DNA from: an uncultured archaeon
GTDB taxonomy: Archaea > Altiarchaeota > Altiarchaeia > JAFGQM01
Direction: 5' to 3'
DNA length: 40,911 bases
NCBI GenBank assembly: GCA_964619365.1
Contig: CAZUDQ010000012.1
Span: 1-40,911, forward strand
Both the position numbers and the translations under genes were made by a program. Shown here piece by piece: positions 37,654 to 40,911 of the stretch (positions are counted from its first letter, which is position 1; every line of letters begins with the position of its first letter). The notes beneath the pieces were generated by a model. The model did no database searches, had not been told where the DNA came from, and saw nothing but the letters and a program-made list of their open reading frames with translations.

Positions 37654-38843
37654 TTTCCAGTAAGTGCAGCATTGACACATTCTTCAAGCGAACCAATATG
37701 TGTTTTCATATTGTTATGCCCGCTTGTGTAAAAACATCCTTTGGCTGATGTCGTTGCAATAGACTTAAAACGTCCTTTTAGTGGGGCGACTGCCATGCAC
37801 GTGTCAGCACATACCATCGCGCCTGAGGCCTCGATAATGTCAACAAGACCTTCTTCTTTTGCTTTATTGAGTATGGGTCTGGCACACGACACCCACATAG
37901 TAACTCCAGTATCAATCTTTTTGCCGTCAAGAAGTGATGCCACGTTTCTTAATTCGTCCATTGATGCGTGCGGACATCCAAGTGAGACAAAATCTATTGT
38001 CTTCTCTTTATCATTTAAGTGTGAAAACGCCTCATTTAGTTCTTCCTTACCTATAACCAGGGTCTCCTTAGGCGGGAGGTACTCCTTTGCTTCGGGAGTC
38101 AGGCCTTCCAGGTGATACATTGGTTTTGAGCCAAATGTAACAATAGATGCACCAAAGCTCTTTAGGCAATCTAATGAACCTTCTTTAGGTCCAATAATGT
38201 ATGGAATCTGGTTTTTAGCGCGCTTTCCTATCGCAAAGCCAAGAGCCCCCCAGTCTGCAATTGATTTAATCTCAGGTTCAACTTTGACAAGAACATCTGG
38301 CGCGCGGTTCTCAGTAAGATGAAGTCCATAATTAGGCGTCTTGCCAGTTAAGGCTGAGGCGATTGCTGAGGGTCCTCCTTCCCTATTTGTGCGAGCGCCA
38401 AGAATACTATTTGCATAGGTCACAGCAGAAGACTCTGCCCACGCGATGTGCTCGCCAAGTTTTGGGACAATCCCGATAAGATACGGTGTGCAGGTGCAGG
38501 TTGTTGTAACCTCCATTTTAGCAAATGCATCAATAACAAGAGTCTGTTTCTCTGCAAATTCTTTTGATATGCCAAGACGCTCCCAATTGAGAAGATCCAT
38601 TCCTGCAGGGTTAAGGAATGTCGGGACGCATACCTTTCCGTCTTTAGCTAAGTTTGAAAGATACTTTAGCCCTGCATCACCAAGATTGTGGTATGAAACG
38701 CCAGCTATCTGGACTGAACTCACAGGAATGAGTTTGTCTGCTCCAAAAATGTCTCCAAGGGCTAATAAGATTTGCATGGACTTTTGTGCCGCATGACCGT
38801 TTTCCCCATCAAGAATCCGCTCTTCGTCCTTAGTCAGAAACAT
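37644..38843 (-). CDS. Aconitase X catalytic subunit (DUF521; phosphomevalonate dehydratase large subunit type)
   Basis: GVSY, LNPAGMD, TCTCTPY, AWAESSAVTYANSILGARTNREGGPS, LGCPHAS, DTCMAVAP, TTSAKG. Confidence 0.93.
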   Translation of the reverse strand: MFLTKDEERILDGENGHAAQKSMQILLALGDIFGADKLIPVSSVQIAGVSYHNLGDAGLKYLSNLAKDGKVCVPTFLNPAGMDLLNWERLGISKEFAEKQTLVIDAFAKMEVTTTCTCTPYLIGIVPKLGEHIAWAESSAVTYANSILGARTNREGGPSAIASALTGKTPNYGLHLTENRAPDVLVKVEPEIKSIADWGALGFAIGKRAKNQIPYIIGPKEGSLDCLKSFGASIVTFGSKPMYHLEGLTPEAKEYLPPKETLVIGKEELNEAFSHLNDKEKTIDFVSLGCPHASMDELRNVASLLDGKKIDTGVTMWVSCARPILNKAKEEGLVDIIEASGAMVCADTCMAVAPLKGRFKSIATTSAKGCFYTSGHNNMKTHIGSLEECVNAALTGKWN

Positions 38844-38890
38844 CGTGCTATCTTATGGGAGCAGAAAATAAAAAGAGATTAAATCTAGGA

Positions 38891-40911
38891 TTATTGTTTT
38901 TCTGAATCCTCTTGTCCTGAACGCTTGCGCAACACTATAACTGCAAGGATTCCAATAATCACAATTACTGCAATTATCAGAGCTATGCTCTCTGTTGACT
39001 TAAGTAGTTCTCCAATGAAATTCTCAGTTTTCTTTGAAGACTCAATAACCTCTAGTTTTCCATCTGATTTACTCTCTATGTCTAAGGTTTCATAATTGCT
39101 GGCATATCCTTCCTTAGATACCATAATCGTCCACTTACCTTTTTCAAACAAATGGAAGCCGTCGTTATAAGATACAATTTTACCATCTGGGGTTACAAGA
39201 CGGATAAGAGCGTCATTTATGATGTTGCCGTCTTTATCAGTCACCACGACATCAAGAACGCCGCCCAATCTGCTGTCATTGTTGATTATTACAATGAGTT
39301 CACCTTCTGAATCATTAAGTACGTCACATGTGTCTACCATTTGTCCATTACCGAGGCAATTACCGTCTGCACACGAACACTCGCACATGCGAGTCTTGAA
39401 GCCTGCGTCGCATTCTGACCACGGACCACATTCCCAGGAAGCATCACAGGATTCATTGATGCACTCATCGGATAACACACCTGGGAGACATATACCATCT
39501 TCGCAATAGTCACCAGTTGTACAGATATCGCCGTCATCACAGGAGTTCCCGCTAAGAAGCTCTATTACACATATCCCATCGATGCACGAAACGTCTGTAC
39601 ATGGATTATTGTCATCCTCGCAGGTGACATCACCACAAAGATTACATGACCTTGTTGTTTCGTGGTCGCCGCGGCAGTCATCGTCATCTGGACAACCACA
39701 ATGGCAGTCTCGCGTCTGGATGCCGTTTGCGCACGCACTCCAGTCTCCACAGTACCAATCCCTGCGACACGAGCCTGGCGGTGTCGGGTTCACGCATGAT
39801 ATTCTTGCTGTGGCAGAATCTGAATCTGAGGCGTTGCCGTAATCATTTGATATGCTTGCTGTGACTGTCCTTGTCACATTTGTTGTCGGGCAGGAGACGC
39901 TCTGTGAGTAGCGCGTCACGTTTGACTCGTTTATTCCAAGCTCCACTGTGAAATTAGCTGTCCATGAAGGGGCTATTGTGACGTTTGCCCCGTATTCTCC
40001 TGTGTTTGTCACATTTATAGTCCAGGTTAGCGTGCCACGTAGTGAGAGTGAACTGGGAGATACTCTGATGACTGCTGAGACATTCTGGTCTGCTTCAAGC
40101 ACGACAAATACTTCCTCATCACTTGACGCACTGTAGTTCTCGTTTCCGGCAGTAGAGCAGTTTATGTCGTGGTCACTGGGCAGGAGTGTATATGCGCCCT
40201 GCCCCCTTGGTGTGCCATCTATCCTTAGGACCGGGGTTAATCCGCTTGGAGTGACATTACAGGTGAAATTGACTGAGGTGTTAAATTCTACGGGGGATGA
40301 TTCGTTAGTCTCAACTGATATTGTTGAGGCGGCCTTATTTATTGTGTAGCTTGTGGAGTTTGCCGCGCTTGTGTAGTTCTCTGACTCACTTAGCGTGCAG
40401 TTTATGTCGTGGTCATCTGCGGCTAAGGTTACCAGAGTCCCACTTACTGCCGGACTTCCGTCAATTGTGAGACTTGGTGTGCCAATCCCTGTGTCAATAG
40501 TACACGTCGGTGTTATTGCCGTGCCATAAGTCTGTGGTGAGGCTGGAACGACTGTTAGGTCTAGTTTTCCAACGGCTTTTGTTATTGTTATATTGGTTGA
40601 ATTTGTCGCAGCCGAGTGAGTCGCTGAGGCCGCAGCATCGCATCTTATGAGGTGCTCGGTAGCTGAGATGTCTTGGGCGCCCTCTGTGACTATTTCGCCG
40701 TCGATTTTAAGGGTTGTGACTAAGTCTCCTGGATCAGGCGTGCAAGTGATTGAGAGGCTTTCTCCGTAGACTGTGGAACCTACGATGTTTATTGCAACAC
40801 TTGAATTGGCAAGGCCAACGCTGTAGCTCATTGAGTCGTTTGCCGCGTTGTAATTGCTTGATTCTGCTAGCGAGCAATTGAATTCATGAGTATCAACACT
40901 AAGAGTCGATC
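38891..40911 (-). CDS. C-terminal part of a large membrane-anchored surface protein (Ig-like repeats, Cys-rich repeats, C-terminal TM); 5' end beyond window
   Basis: Frame stays open upstream of the track's Met 40831 to the window edge (STLSVDTHEFNCSLAESSNYNAANDSM). About 80-aa two-Cys repeats, WxCGxWSxC and CDDGDICT motifs, TM IALIIAVIVIIGILAVIVL followed by RKRS. Confidence 0.9.
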   Translation of the reverse strand, partial: STLSVDTHEFNCSLAESSNYNAANDSMSYSVGLANSSVAINIVGSTVYGESLSITCTPDPGDLVTTLKIDGEIVTEGAQDISATEHLIRCDAAASATHSAATNSTNITITKAVGKLDLTVVPASPQTYGTAITPTCTIDTGIGTPSLTIDGSPAVSGTLVTLAADDHDINCTLSESENYTSAANSTSYTINKAASTISVETNESSPVEFNTSVNFTCNVTPSGLTPVLRIDGTPRGQGAYTLLPSDHDINCSTAGNENYSASSDEEVFVVLEADQNVSAVIRVSPSSLSLRGTLTWTINVTNTGEYGANVTIAPSWTANFTVELGINESNVTRYSQSVSCPTTNVTRTVTASISNDYGNASDSDSATARISCVNPTPPGSCRRDWYCGDWSACANGIQTRDCHCGCPDDDDCRGDHETTRSCNLCGDVTCEDDNNPCTDVSCIDGICVIELLSGNSCDDGDICTTGDYCEDGICLPGVLSDECINESCDASWECGPWSECDAGFKTRMCECSCADGNCLGNGQMVDTCDVLNDSEGELIVIINNDSRLGGVLDVVVTDKDGNIINDALIRLVTPDGKIVSYNDGFHLFEKGKWTIMVSKEGYASNYETLDIESKSDGKLEVIESSKKTENFIGELLKSTESIALIIAVIVIIGILAVIVLRKRSGQEDSEKQ

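Noticed and set aside
39660-39680. RGD tripeptide (CRGDH) in the Cys-rich region
   Set aside because: A single tripeptide is expected by chance and the second repeat has CLGNG at the same position.

Overview
Archaeal genomic segment. The DPANN-like assignment (Micrarchaeota/Iainarchaeota-type) is an inference from the unsplit RpoB, the Kae1-Bud32 fusion, the archaeal-type SAM synthetase and the style of the surface and orphan proteins. The left 11.6 kb is a single minus-strand ORF missing from the ORF track because it has no stop inside the window (ATG at 11605, >3,868 codons). It encodes a giant secreted protein with six GLUG-type domains, three Gly-rich repeats and a LamG domain, and carries AT-rich in-frame segments and homogenised internal repeats. 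Then follow nrdG-nrdD with a tandem pair of NrdR-box-like operators, SAM synthetase, an SdpI-family gene, a hairpin-dense ~380-nt intergenic region (candidate ncRNA) and kae1-bud32. An unexplained ~8 kb block (19.1-27.0 kb) holds a lone NurA nuclease, a TrmB-like orphan, five small membrane proteins sharing a W-I-[A/G]-like motif, a YkgJ Cys-cluster protein, a Lys/Glu-rich coiled-coil protein and a degenerate HerA/VirB4-like protein; it is the best candidate for an undescribed system. The right part holds cupin PGI, the rpoH-B-A1-A2 operon, a GT2, ndk, a zinc-ribbon membrane protein, the AcnX (phosphomevalonate dehydratase-type) subunit pair and the 3' end of a second Ig/Cys-rich surface protein that runs off the right edge. 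No tRNA, rRNA, CRISPR array, transposase or reverse transcriptase was recognised.
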